From NCBI GenBank assembly GCA_947628215.1, contig CANQYZ010000009.1:2463-34462 (forward strand): a stretch of DNA of 32,000 nucleotides, in the 5' to 3' direction. This DNA is from an uncultured Clostridia bacterium. Lineage in GTDB: Bacteria; Bacillota; Clostridia; TANB77; CAG-508. The notes under the pieces were generated by a model. The model saw only the letters and a list, made by a program, of their open reading frames with translations, did no database searches and had not been told where the DNA came from. Below are positions 10,247 through 18,296 of this stretch, piece by piece; position 1 is the stretch's first letter, and every line of letters starts with the position of its first letter. The position numbers and the translations under genes were made by a program.

Positions 10247-10534
10247 TCATATTGATTTCTTTTGATATAGATATACTTTAGGGGAAAGAATATATTTTAT
10301 AAGTACAAGGATTATTATGAATATATTTTCTTTATCAGTACGTAAAATGGTAAATAAAAGAAATGGTAAGAAAAGTATTATAAACATACATATTCGAAGA
10401 TAGATTCGATTAAAAAGAAAGTTTATTATACCAAATAAAATAGCAGCATATAAAAGATTAATAAAAATAGTAGAATAATCAATTATACCAAGAAACTTGT
10501 ATGAAAAATTATAATTTTTAGGAAAAATAAATAT
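10247..10534 (-). pseudogene. PrgI/VirB3-like small membrane protein. This 95-codon open frame is missing from the ORF track because it has no ATG/GTG/TTG start.
   Basis: A strong SD AGAGGTGA (10548-10541) is followed 6 nt later by ATA (10534-10532). The frame then reads (I)FIFPKNYNFSYKFLGIIDYSTIFINLLYAAILFGIINFL...: a PK-x-aromatic N-terminus plus two hydrophobic helices, typical of VirB3/PrgI/TcpE-like proteins. It lies directly downstream of the VirB6-like gene. Confidence 0.45.
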
Positions 10535-10553
10535 TTTAAATCACCTCTTAAAA

Positions 10554-11429
10554 TTAATTAAATATATTTTTTATACTAGAGATTCCAGAAGATATGTCAG
10601 TCGTAAATCCACTAGTAAAATCTTTAACAAAGGAAGTTGCTTTAATTAGAGCATATAAACTTCCAATATATAATATTTTAATTGTAGCATCGCTAAATGA
10701 ATACTTAAGAGAAATAATTATTACAAGTAATAGTGATACTATTATTTGTATACTTAAAAGCATTAGAAAATTTTTAAGCCACATTTTAAATAGCCATTTC
10801 GTAGAGTTTAATGAAAAAGCAAGTATGAAAAACGGAGATAGAAGAATTAAAACTTTAATTAATATATATCTATAAGAATAGGTAAATAGTAAATTAAAAA
10901 AGCCAAAAGTAATAAATAAGTTTAAAATACCGTCAAAGGAAAAAAAGGTTGTATTTACCATATTCTCTCTTAAGAAAACTTTATTTAACTGATCTGCAAG
11001 ATATGTAAAAGAAATATCTGAAGAAAAAATGAAAAATCCAAATTCACGCAAACAATCAGTTATAATATCAAATATATTTACAATTTGTTCACAAATAAAG
11101 TAAGAACTATTCACACATATTGCACAAACTGTGAATTTAACTAGAAATTGCATAGGATTTTCGACGGAATTTCCAGACAAATGTGAAAAAAGATATGATA
11201 GACCATAATAAATTAAAAATGCTATAAGCATTGCATTTACAATATAGATAATACTCTGAGTTTTATCTGTTAAAAAAGAAGAAAAATAATCATTTCCTAG
11301 AATTTTTGTGTCTATAAAAGTAATATCATCTAATATAGAAAAAGAATCTCCATTAAAAGAATTTACTAAACTATTATAGAGAGAATTTATTGATGATGAT
11401 ATAGTTTCATTTAAAGTACTTAAATCCAT
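10554..11429 (-). CDS. VirB6/TrbL-like polytopic T4SS membrane protein
   Basis: 291 aa with about 6 hydrophobic helices. Its position between VirB2-like and VirB3-like ORFs fits the assignment. Only 3 nt separate it from the upstream gene. Confidence 0.5.
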   Translation of the reverse strand: MDLSTLNETISSSINSLYNSLVNSFNGDSFSILDDITFIDTKILGNDYFSSFLTDKTQSIIYIVNAMLIAFLIYYGLSYLFSHLSGNSVENPMQFLVKFTVCAICVNSSYFICEQIVNIFDIITDCLREFGFFIFSSDISFTYLADQLNKVFLRENMVNTTFFSFDGILNLFITFGFFNLLFTYSYRYILIKVLILLSPFFILAFSLNSTKWLFKMWLKNFLMLLSIQIIVSLLLVIIISLKYSFSDATIKILYIGSLYALIKATSFVKDFTSGFTTDISSGISSIKNIFN

Positions 11430-11432
11430 ATT

Positions 11433-11765
11433 TTATCCAAGTAGTGCATTTATAGTAGATAAAATTAAATCTATGCATAAAATAAATGCATATGAAAATA
11501 ATGAACCTGTAATTAATCTTTTACCAGTTCTAATTTTTTCTTCATCACCAAAGCTAAATTTTTTCATAAGAATTCCACTTCCAACTGCTACAGCAGCTGC
11601 AGGAGTAGATATATTTATTATCCAAGATTCTATTTTTGTAAATGCAGAGTTTAAAGTTGTTATAAGTTTAGGATATGCACCAAGAGAAGTGTTTGGAGAT
11701 AAAATAAAAAGAAAAAGTATTATAAATAGTAAAATAAAAATTCGTAAAATTAATTTAAATTTCAT
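11433..11765 (-). CDS. TrbC/VirB2-like pilin-type small membrane protein
   Basis: 110 aa. A signal-peptide-like N-terminus (...SPNTSLGA) is followed by two hydrophobic helices separated by a short charged loop. SD is GAAAGGA. Confidence 0.45.
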   Translation of the reverse strand: MKFKLILRIFILLFIILFLFILSPNTSLGAYPKLITTLNSAFTKIESWIINISTPAAAVAVGSGILMKKFSFGDEEKIRTGKRLITGSLFSYAFILCIDLILSTINALLG

Positions 11766-11788
11766 AAATAAAAGTCCTTTCTATATTT

Positions 11789-13514
11789 TTATTTTTTAAA
11801 ATAAGGCAAAGTGAATATTTTTTTAGGAGAAATAATCTTAAAACCAGTAGATATAAAAGAAAGACAAGAAAAGGTTTCTAAATTTTGAGTAAAGAAATTA
11901 GTATCATAAATTAAATCTAGTTGTTTATATGTATTTATACTTTCAGAAATGTTTGAATCATGAGAAATAAAAGTATTTGTAAAACGATTATAAGATGTTT
12001 CTTTTGCATTTTCTGAGACTGTATTTGAAGTATAAGTTTTTTCTTTTTTTCCAATTTGCTTTTGAGCTTCTTCTATAGTAAAAATATCATCTGTTCTAAA
12101 CCAAAACTTATTTACTAAATTTTGAGTAATTACTTTAGTATCAGACTCACTTTTTAGGGTATTTAGTATAGATGTATAACTCTGAGTTGCAAGAATATTT
12201 ATACATTTGGCTTCTCTAGATTGAGCAAAAAAATTAGCATCAGAAGAGGTAACAAATTCATGATATTCATCACTTAAAAAACAAGAAATTCTAATATCAT
12301 CAGAAGATTTTTTAGAAAGAGTAGATAATACCTCAGATTGAAAATCTAATTTTAAATAAGCAGATATGATTTTTGCAAGAGATGAATATTCAGAAATGTT
12401 CATACTAAGTACGACAATTTTCCCTGATAAAAGTGTATTTGAAAATCATTTAAAATTAATTTCAGATTTGTTAGGACAAAATGTTTGCTGTACAGCAGAG
12501 TCAGATACAAAGACATTTGTAATTCTTGTAATTTCTGACTTTAGTATAGAAAGTACTCTAGAATCAAGAGAAAAAAACTCATTTTCAAAGAAATCAAGAA
12601 TACTAGATAGCTCTGAAATATGTGATTTTGAAAGTTTTCTTTTTAAAAATAAATCTTTTAAATAATTGATTTTTTCTTCGTAATATTTTCTATTAATTAT
12701 TAATTTATGAATTTCAGAAAACGTTACATATCCATTATTATAAAGTCTACAAAGTTTTATACATTCAGTAATAACTTGCTCAGCTTTATCAAGCCAATAA
12801 GGATCAGAATTTCCTGAATCTCCGAAATAGCTTTAAAATAGTAATTAATCTATTTGCAAGTATCTGAGGTTTTAGATTGGGTTTATCTAAAGGGTTATAT
12901 TTATATCTGCCACCAAGTTTTATAATGATTACATCATTTTGTCTATTAACACTTTTAGCACAAGACAGTACATGTTTATAATAATTTCCTTTAACATCAA
13001 GTATAAGCATTGCAAGCTTTTCATCTATATTGTTTGATTTATATGATATAAGTTGCTTAGTTACCGGGTATAAAAAAGAGCTAGTTTTACCACTTCCAAT
13101 AGTTCCAGTTACTAAAATATTTTGAAATAATCCTTTATATGGAATATAAACATTATTATCATTTTCATCTTTTCCTACTAAGATATTAAGTTTATCTTTG
13201 TTTAAAATAATATCATTTGCTAAATTAGTTATTACTTTTTCTTTATTTTCTTTATTAGAATTGTTATCCAGAAAATTAAAGAATTTCGAAGATAAATAAT
13301 AAAATATTATAAAAGATGAAGCTATAGAAGTAATAATATAAATTTTTTTAAATATATTCCAAAACACAGGAAACCTTATGCAGATATCAAAAGGATGTAC
13401 AGAAAATGTAAATATAAGTGACTTTGCAAATAAAATATCTTTAAATATAGTTATGATTAAAATATTAAATAACAGACATAAAATAAGAGTGAGTAATAAT
13501 TTCTTTTTAATGAT
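11789..13514 (-). pseudogene. VirD4/TraG-family type IV coupling protein, inactivated by a missing start codon, one +1 frameshift and one in-frame TGA
   Basis: Two N-terminal TM helices, Walker A GTIGSGKTSS and LILDVKGN. The middle segment, read in another frame, gives YFGDSGNSDPYWLDKAEQVI... The C-terminal part contains ...LLSGKIVVLSMNISEY... and FFAQSREAKCINILATQS. The frame break is at CGG 12824-12822 and the in-frame TGA is at 12448-12446. SD AGGAGGA (13528-13522) is followed 7 nt later by ATC (13514-13512) rather than ATG. Confidence 0.75.
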
Positions 13515-13526
13515 ATTGAAATCCTC

Positions 13527-13733
13527 CTAATATGAAATTTTTTTATTTAATTTTGAACCTTGTTTTTGAGATAAAATTGTAGACTCAAAAAATGAATATA
13601 TAAAAGAAAAAATCACATAAACATTGATTAAAAAAGTAATAAAAAATGTGATAATTAAAAAATTCAAATTGTATAACCTCCTATGATTTTTGGATAATAC
13701 AACATTTTTTCTAGTTTGTCTATACTTTTTCAA
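13527..13733 (-). CDS. Possible small single-TM protein (68 aa, TTG start)
   Basis: This ORF has one hydrophobic helix and no convincing SD. It lies in the same frame as the VirD4-like gene, separated from it by a TAG. Confidence 0.2.
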   Translation of the reverse strand: MKKYRQTRKNVVLSKNHRRLYNLNFLIITFFITFLINVYVIFSFIYSFFESTILSQKQGSKLNKKISY

Positions 13734-13783
13734 AAAAAAGTGCTAAAATTATTACGACAATTATTTAATAAGGAGGATATGAA

Positions 13784-13966
13784 ATGATAGAGAAAACAAC
13801 AACTATAGGCGAATTATTAGAATCAAATCCTGAAAAAGCTGAAATATTATTAAATGCAGGAATGCACTGTTTAGGATGTCCAGCTTCTCAAGCAGAAACT
13901 TTAGAAGAAGCTTGTGATGTACATGGAATAGATGTAGAAGAACTTATAGAAAAATTAAATACATAA
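13784..13966 (+). CDS. DUF1858 / hybrid-cluster-protein-associated redox disulfide domain protein (60 aa)
   Basis: MHCLGCP motif within the family-typical sequence TIGELLESNPEKAEILLNAGMHCLGCPASQAETLEEAC. SD AAGGAGG lies upstream, and a possible extended -10 TGcTAAAAT is at 13741-13749. Confidence 0.8.
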   Translation: MIEKTTTIGELLESNPEKAEILLNAGMHCLGCPASQAETLEEACDVHGIDVEELIEKLNT

Positions 13967-13978
13967 GAAAAACCAAAG

Positions 13979-14011
13979 GTAAGCTACCTAAAAAAGATAG
14001 CTTACTTTTTT
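13979..14011 (+). terminator. Rho-independent terminator
   Basis: Stem gtaagcta (13979-13986) / tagcttac (13998-14005) followed by TTTTTT. Confidence 0.7.
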
Positions 14012-14032
14012 AAAAAATTAAATATAATGAAT

Positions 14033-14109
14033 GTGTCTATAGCTCAGTAGGATAGAGCGCTCCCCTCCTAAGGGAGAGGCCACAGGTTCGATTCCTGTTA
14101 GGCACACCA
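14033..14109 (+). tRNA. tRNA-Arg, anticodon CCU (reads AGG), with encoded CCA
   Basis: Full cloverleaf traced by hand: acceptor gtgtcta/taggcac, D arm gctc/gagc, anticodon stem ctccc/gggag with loop cuCCUaa, T arm acagg-ttcgatt-cctgt, discriminator A, CCA. Confidence 0.95.
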
Positions 14110-14118
14110 GTATTTTTT

Positions 14119-14150
14119 AGCCATTTCAAAAAAAGAAATGGTTATTATTT
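14119..14150 (+). terminator. Probable terminator after the tRNA
   Basis: Stem agccatttc / gaaatggtt with an A7 loop, followed by a T-rich tail. Confidence 0.5.
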
Positions 14151-14165
14151 TAATATTTCCTAAAA

Positions 14166-14194
14166 TAGACAAAAAACAGCAATTATGGTAAAAT
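14166..14194 (+). promoter_or_regulatory. Sigma-A promoter with extended -10 for tadA
   Basis: TAGACA (14166-14171), 17 nt, TGgTAAAAT (-10 at 14189-14194). Confidence 0.45.
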
Positions 14195-14233
14195 ACAGCC
14201 ATAGAAAATAAAATGAAAATGAGAAAATAAATT

Positions 14234-14701
14234 ATGAATAAAGAATATTATATGGAAAAGGCTTTAATGGAAGCTAAAAAAGCATTTTGTATAGATGAAG
14301 TACCAATAGGTGCTGTAATTGTATTAAATGATAAAATTATAGCAAGAGCTTATAACGTAAAGGAAACTAAAAAAGATACAACAAAACATGCAGAATTACT
14401 TGCTATACAAAAAGCAAGTAAAAAAATAGGAGCATGGAGATTAAGTGAGTGTGAATTATATACAACACTTGAGCCATGTCCGATGTGTGCGGGAGCAATC
14501 ATAAATTCAAGAATCAAAAAAGTATATATAGGAGCAAAAGATGCAAAAGCTGGAGCAGTAGGATCAGTGCTAAATTTATTTGAAGACTATGACTTCAACC
14601 ATAAGCCAGAAGTAGAATATGGTATAAAAGAAAAAGAATGTAGTATAATGCTAAAACAATTTTTTAAAAAATTAAGACAAAATAAAAAACAGGAGAAATA
14701 A
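14234..14701 (+). CDS. tadA: tRNA-specific adenosine deaminase
   Basis: CDA-fold zinc motifs HAELLAI and PCPMCAGA, with typical length (155 aa) and context. Confidence 0.93.
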   Translation: MNKEYYMEKALMEAKKAFCIDEVPIGAVIVLNDKIIARAYNVKETKKDTTKHAELLAIQKASKKIGAWRLSECELYTTLEPCPMCAGAIINSRIKKVYIGAKDAKAGAVGSVLNLFEDYDFNHKPEVEYGIKEKECSIMLKQFFKKLRQNKKQEK

Positions 14702-15441
14702 TGGATCTAGAAAAAAAGAAAGTTATAAAAAAATATGTATTTGTATTTTTCATATGTGTCATTATTCTAATTACAGCATTTATAATGGTTAGATATTATG
14801 TAGAAGGCGAAGAAAACATGCCATTTAAGTTAGATAGAATAATAATTAGAAGCTCAATAGATTCCAGTGAAGTAGATAAGGACAACCTACTTAAAACCGG
14901 TCTATCACAAGAAAATGACATATTTATTTATATTGCAAAAGAAAATAATGCAGATAAAAAAATAAAAATTTCAAAAGTAGAAATACAAAATATAAAAATA
15001 ACAAAAGCATCAGAAAAATATAATTACAAAGTATTTCTACCAGTATCAAACAATATTTCTACAATGTATAAAGATAGTAGTAAAGATTACTTAAAAGAGA
15101 AAATAGAATATTTAGCAGGAAGTGCAGATAGTAGTGAAAGACATATCATAAATGAAGATGGTGGAAGAATTGCTTTTAGAATTTCAAATCAAAGTATAGG
15201 CTCATTTGAACTTAGTAAAGATAATGGAGTAACTTATAATGGAGAACTTTTAACAGAACTTGGAATAAAAGAAGAAGAGTTAGCTTTTAATGTATATATG
15301 GAGCTTATAATAGAAACAACAGAAGGTATAAGATATAAAACTGAACTTGATTTTGAAATGCCTGCAGACAAATTTGGAAAAAGCAGTACAAAATCAAAAA
15401 CAATTACAGATTTTACAGATGTTATTTTTAAAAGAGAATAA
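14701..15441 (+). CDS. Hypothetical membrane-anchored protein (246 aa, one N-terminal TM helix)
   Basis: TAATG overlap with the tadA stop. The TM helix is YVFVFFICVIILITAFIMV. No motif recognised. Confidence 0.65.
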   Translation: MDLEKKKVIKKYVFVFFICVIILITAFIMVRYYVEGEENMPFKLDRIIIRSSIDSSEVDKDNLLKTGLSQENDIFIYIAKENNADKKIKISKVEIQNIKITKASEKYNYKVFLPVSNNISTMYKDSSKDYLKEKIEYLAGSADSSERHIINEDGGRIAFRISNQSIGSFELSKDNGVTYNGELLTELGIKEEELAFNVYMELIIETTEGIRYKTELDFEMPADKFGKSSTKSKTITDFTDVIFKRE

Positions 15442-15459
15442 ATTTTAACTAAATAAGTA

Positions 15460-15488
15460 TTGATAAAAAGCACATATCATTATATAAT
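15460..15488 (+). promoter_or_regulatory. Sigma-A promoter for SRP RNA
   Basis: TTGATA (15460-15465), 17 nt, TATAAT (15483-15488). Confidence 0.6.
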
Positions 15489-15496
15489 CATCTATA

Positions 15497-15636
15497 TCGG
15501 TATAAATGATAGCTTTTGTGTGGAGAGTATGTTCAATAAAAAGCTATGAACCTCGTCAGATTCGGAAGAAAGCAGCGATAAATAGTGCATTTATGTGATA
15601 CATGCTTTCCACAGAGAAGCTAAAGTTTATACCATT
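15497..15636 (+). ncRNA. ffs: Signal recognition particle RNA, short (about 140 nt) form
   Basis: Conserved domain IV sequence GUCAGAUUCGGAAGAAAGCAGC (15555-15576) with a GGAA tetraloop. A long closing helix pairs ggtataaa (15499-15506) with tttatacc (15626-15633), agctt with aagct, and tgtggagag with ctttccaca, followed by a U-run. It occupies the classic Firmicute position between tadA and dnaX. Confidence 0.7.
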
Positions 15637-15660
15637 TTTTTATGAAAGAGGTGGAAAGAG

Positions 15661-17241
15661 TTGGCATATACAGCGTTATATAGAAAATTTAGACCACTAA
15701 AATTTGAAGATTTCGCAGGACAAGAGCACATAACAAGAACACTAAAGAATCAAATAATAGCAGATAGAGTAGGACATGCATATTTATTTAATGGGGGAAG
15801 AGGAACTGGAAAAACGTCAGCAGCTAAGATACTTGCAAGAGCAGTAAATTGCTTAAATCCTAAAGATGGAGAGCCTTGTAATGAATGTGAAATCTGCAGA
15901 GAAATATTAAATGGTTCTCTTACAGATGTTGTAGAAATGGATGCTGCATCAAATAACAGTGTAGATGATATAAGAAGTATAAGAGAAGAAGTTAATTTTT
16001 TACCAACAAAGGCAAAATATAGAGTATATATAATAGATGAGGTACATATGTTGTCACCAGGCGCTTTTAATGCACTTTTAAAGACATTAGAAGAACCACC
16101 AGAACATGTAAAATTTATATTAGCAACAACAGAACCTCAAAAACTACCCAATACAATACTTTCTAGATGTCAAAGATTTGATTTTAAAAAGATTTCAGAA
16201 GAGGATATAATAAAAAGACTTAAAGTAATTTGCAAAGAATCAGATATAAAAATTACAGAAGATGCTTTAAATACAATTGCTGTCCTTTCAGAAGGTGGAA
16301 TGAGAGATGCTATAAGCATTCTAGAAAGATGTATTCAAGACGGAGACAAAGAAATAATAGATGATAAAATAAAAGAATTAGTAGGAATTCCTAAAATAGA
16401 ATATATAAATAAAATTACTGAAAGCATAATAGAAAAAGATGAAGAAAAAGCATTAAACACAGTAGAAGAAGTAATTGCAGATGGAAAAGATTTATATAAT
16501 TTTTTATGGGAAATTATCAAATATGTAAAAGACATTCTTTTATTTAAAGTACAAGGAAAAGTTTCTTTATATAATGAAAATGAACAAAATTATATAAAAG
16601 ATATTGCAGGCATAGCAGAAAAAGAAGAACTTTTTGATATAATATACAAATTATCAGAACTTGAAAATGATATAAAATGGTCTACTCAGAAAAATATTAT
16701 GTTTGAAGCTGGAATATTAAAATTAATAGCTAAAAGAAAACAAAAAGTAACAGATGATTTTGAAAAGAGATTAGAAAGTCTAGAAGAGAAAATGACAAAA
16801 GGCTCTTTCAAAGAAGTAAGAAGAGAAGAACCAAAAACATTAAATGAAAATAAAATTGTACCACAAGAAGTAACTACAAAAAAAGAAGTGAAAGATCAAG
16901 TAAAAAAAGAAAATTTTAAAAATATAAGTAGTGAAAACTACTGGAAGGATGTTATAAACAACTTAAGAGGAAAAGGAAAAGTAACTTTATTTACAAATCT
17001 ACTTAATTCAAAAGCTGTAGAAATAAATGATATGCAACTTGGAATTGTAGGACTTACTTCTTTTGGAAAACAAATTGTTGAAAGTCCTGAAAATAAGCAA
17101 GAAATATCAAGAGCTATTTTAGAAGTAACAGGAAAAGAAATGCAAGTAAAAGTTGAAGAAGAGAAAAATATTATAGAAAAAAAGGCTAAAAAAGATAACT
17201 TTAATGGTATTGATATGCCAATAAATATAATTGACGAATAG
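15661..17241 (+). CDS. dnaX: DNA polymerase III subunit gamma/tau
   Basis: TTG start with SD GAGGTGG. Motifs present: YRKFRP, Walker A GGRGTGKTS, zinc module CNECEIC, DEVHML and SRCQRF. Confidence 0.95.
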   Translation: MAYTALYRKFRPLKFEDFAGQEHITRTLKNQIIADRVGHAYLFNGGRGTGKTSAAKILARAVNCLNPKDGEPCNECEICREILNGSLTDVVEMDAASNNSVDDIRSIREEVNFLPTKAKYRVYIIDEVHMLSPGAFNALLKTLEEPPEHVKFILATTEPQKLPNTILSRCQRFDFKKISEEDIIKRLKVICKESDIKITEDALNTIAVLSEGGMRDAISILERCIQDGDKEIIDDKIKELVGIPKIEYINKITESIIEKDEEKALNTVEEVIADGKDLYNFLWEIIKYVKDILLFKVQGKVSLYNENEQNYIKDIAGIAEKEELFDIIYKLSELENDIKWSTQKNIMFEAGILKLIAKRKQKVTDDFEKRLESLEEKMTKGSFKEVRREEPKTLNENKIVPQEVTTKKEVKDQVKKENFKNISSENYWKDVINNLRGKGKVTLFTNLLNSKAVEINDMQLGIVGLTSFGKQIVESPENKQEISRAILEVTGKEMQVKVEEEKNIIEKKAKKDNFNGIDMPINIIDE

Positions 17242-17253
17242 GAGGAAAAAAAG

Positions 17254-17598
17254 ATGTCAAAAAGAGGTGGATTTCCAGGAGGAATGAATGGCTTTGGAGG
17301 AATGAATATAAATAAGCTTATGAAAGAAGCCAAAAAAATGCAAGCTGATATGGAAAAAACACAAGAAGAATTAACAGAAAGAGAGTTTGAAAATACAGTA
17401 GGTGGTGGAGCCATAAATGTAAAGGTTTCTGGAGATAAAAAAATAAAAGAAATAAAAATACAAAAAGATGCAGTAGATCCAGAAGATGTAGAAACTCTAG
17501 AAGATTTAATTATAACATGCGTAAATGGTGCAATGGATAAAGTTGATAATGCTGCAGCAGAAAGTATGGGAAAATATAATATACCAGGACTAATGTAA
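17254..17598 (+). CDS. ybaB: YbaB/EbfC-family nucleoid-associated protein
   Basis: 114 aa with the family-typical MNINKLMKEAKKMQADMEKTQEEL N-terminus, in dnaX-ybaB-recR context. Confidence 0.92.
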   Translation: MSKRGGFPGGMNGFGGMNINKLMKEAKKMQADMEKTQEELTEREFENTVGGGAINVKVSGDKKIKEIKIQKDAVDPEDVETLEDLIITCVNGAMDKVDNAAAESMGKYNIPGLM

Positions 17599-17607
17599 AA
17601 GGAGAAA

Positions 17608-18210
17608 ATGATGTCAAGTTATTCGCCATCAATAGAAAAACTAATAGAAAGTTTTGAAAAACTTCCAAGTATAGGTCATAAAACAGCAATAAGATTAGCT
17701 TTTCATATGTTAGATTTAAATGAAGAAGAAACAAATGAATTTATAAAATCTATAACAGATGCAAAATCTAAGCTAAAATATTGCTCAAAGTGTTTTAACA
17801 TAGCAGATACAGATCCATGTCCTATTTGTTCTAATCCAAAAAGAGACCAAGGAACAATATGCGTTGTTGAAGATGTAAGAGATATAATAGCAATGGAGAG
17901 AACAAACGAATTTAAAGGAGTATATCATGTGCTTCATGGTACAATATCTCCTATGAATGGTATAGGACCTGAAGATATAAAAATAAAAGAACTTTTAGAT
18001 AGAATAAGAGATAATGATATAAAAGAAATTATAATTGCTACAAATCCTAGAGTTGAAGGGGAAGCAACATCAATCTATTTATCTAAATTAATTAAACCAC
18101 TAGGAATTAAAGTAACAAGAATTGCACATGGAATTCCAGTTGGTGGTGATCTAGAATATACAGACGAAGTAACATTAACTAAAGCTATGGAAGGAAGAAG
18201 AGAGATTTAA
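17608..18210 (+). CDS. recR: Recombination protein RecR
   Basis: Helix-hairpin-helix [15 protein letters not shown]4 zinc finger CSKC...CPIC, and a Toprim segment ICVVED. Confidence 0.95.
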   Translation: MMSSYSPSIEKLIESFEKLPSIGHKTAIRLAFHMLDLNEEETNEFIKSITDAKSKLKYCSKCFNIADTDPCPICSNPKRDQGTICVVEDVRDIIAMERTNEFKGVYHVLHGTISPMNGIGPEDIKIKELLDRIRDNDIKEIIIATNPRVEGEATSIYLSKLIKPLGIKVTRIAHGIPVGGDLEYTDEVTLTKAMEGRREI

Positions 18211-18230
18211 AATAAATGAATATATAAACA

Positions 18231-18268
18231 AAAAAGAGATCAATTTTTTATAAATTAATCTCTTTTTA
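18231..18268. terminator. Bidirectional terminator between recR and abrB-like gene
   Basis: Stem aaaagagat (18232-18240) / atctctttt (18258-18266), flanked by A-rich and T-rich sequence. Confidence 0.6.
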
Positions 18269-18296
18269 TAATGAATTTTTTGAGAAAATATAAATA

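Larger units (their letters stand above)
10247..13733 (-). mobile_element. Degraded conjugative type IV secretion module in the order coupling protein - VirB2-like - VirB6-like - VirB3-like. No VirB4, relaxase or integrase lies adjacent.
   Basis: Tightly packed co-directional ORFs with T4SS-typical motifs and topologies. There are several inactivating lesions (see individual features). Confidence 0.6.

Noticed and set aside
12446-12448. In-frame TGA in the VirD4-like gene as evidence for genetic code 4 (TGA=Trp)
   Set aside because: Long intact genes (gyrA, dnaX, murA, the 990-aa and 1536-aa ORFs) contain no internal TGA and use TGG for Trp. Several genes terminate with TGA. A TGG->TGA nonsense mutation in an already damaged gene is the simpler reading.
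10594-12665. Plus-strand ORFs 10594..10875, 11473..11799 and 12366..12665
   Set aside because: They are antisense to the VirB6-like, VirB2-like and VirD4-like genes. In particular, 12366..12665 only appears long because the VirD4-like gene opposite it is broken.
14033-14109. tRNA-Arg gene as the integration (att) site of the neighbouring T4SS element
   Set aside because: The T4SS remnant lies on the 5' side of the tRNA, not downstream of its 3' end. A DUF1858 gene with its own terminator intervenes. No integrase is present, and I saw no direct repeat of the tRNA 3' end elsewhere in the window.
16860-16925. A-rich stretches in dnaX (acaaaaaaagaag, gtaaaaaaagaaa) as an E. coli-like -1 programmed frameshift site producing gamma
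   Set aside because: A-runs are ubiquitous at this base composition. There is no downstream stem-loop or upstream SD-like stimulator, and the sites lie in the poorly conserved C-terminal linker. No evidence beyond the homopolymer.
16938-17414. 158-aa minus-strand ORF, together with the ORFs at 16335..16535 and 17510..17734
   Set aside because: These are antisense shadows of dnaX, ybaB and recR, which carry unambiguous family motifs. The shadows have low-complexity F/S/I-rich sequence.
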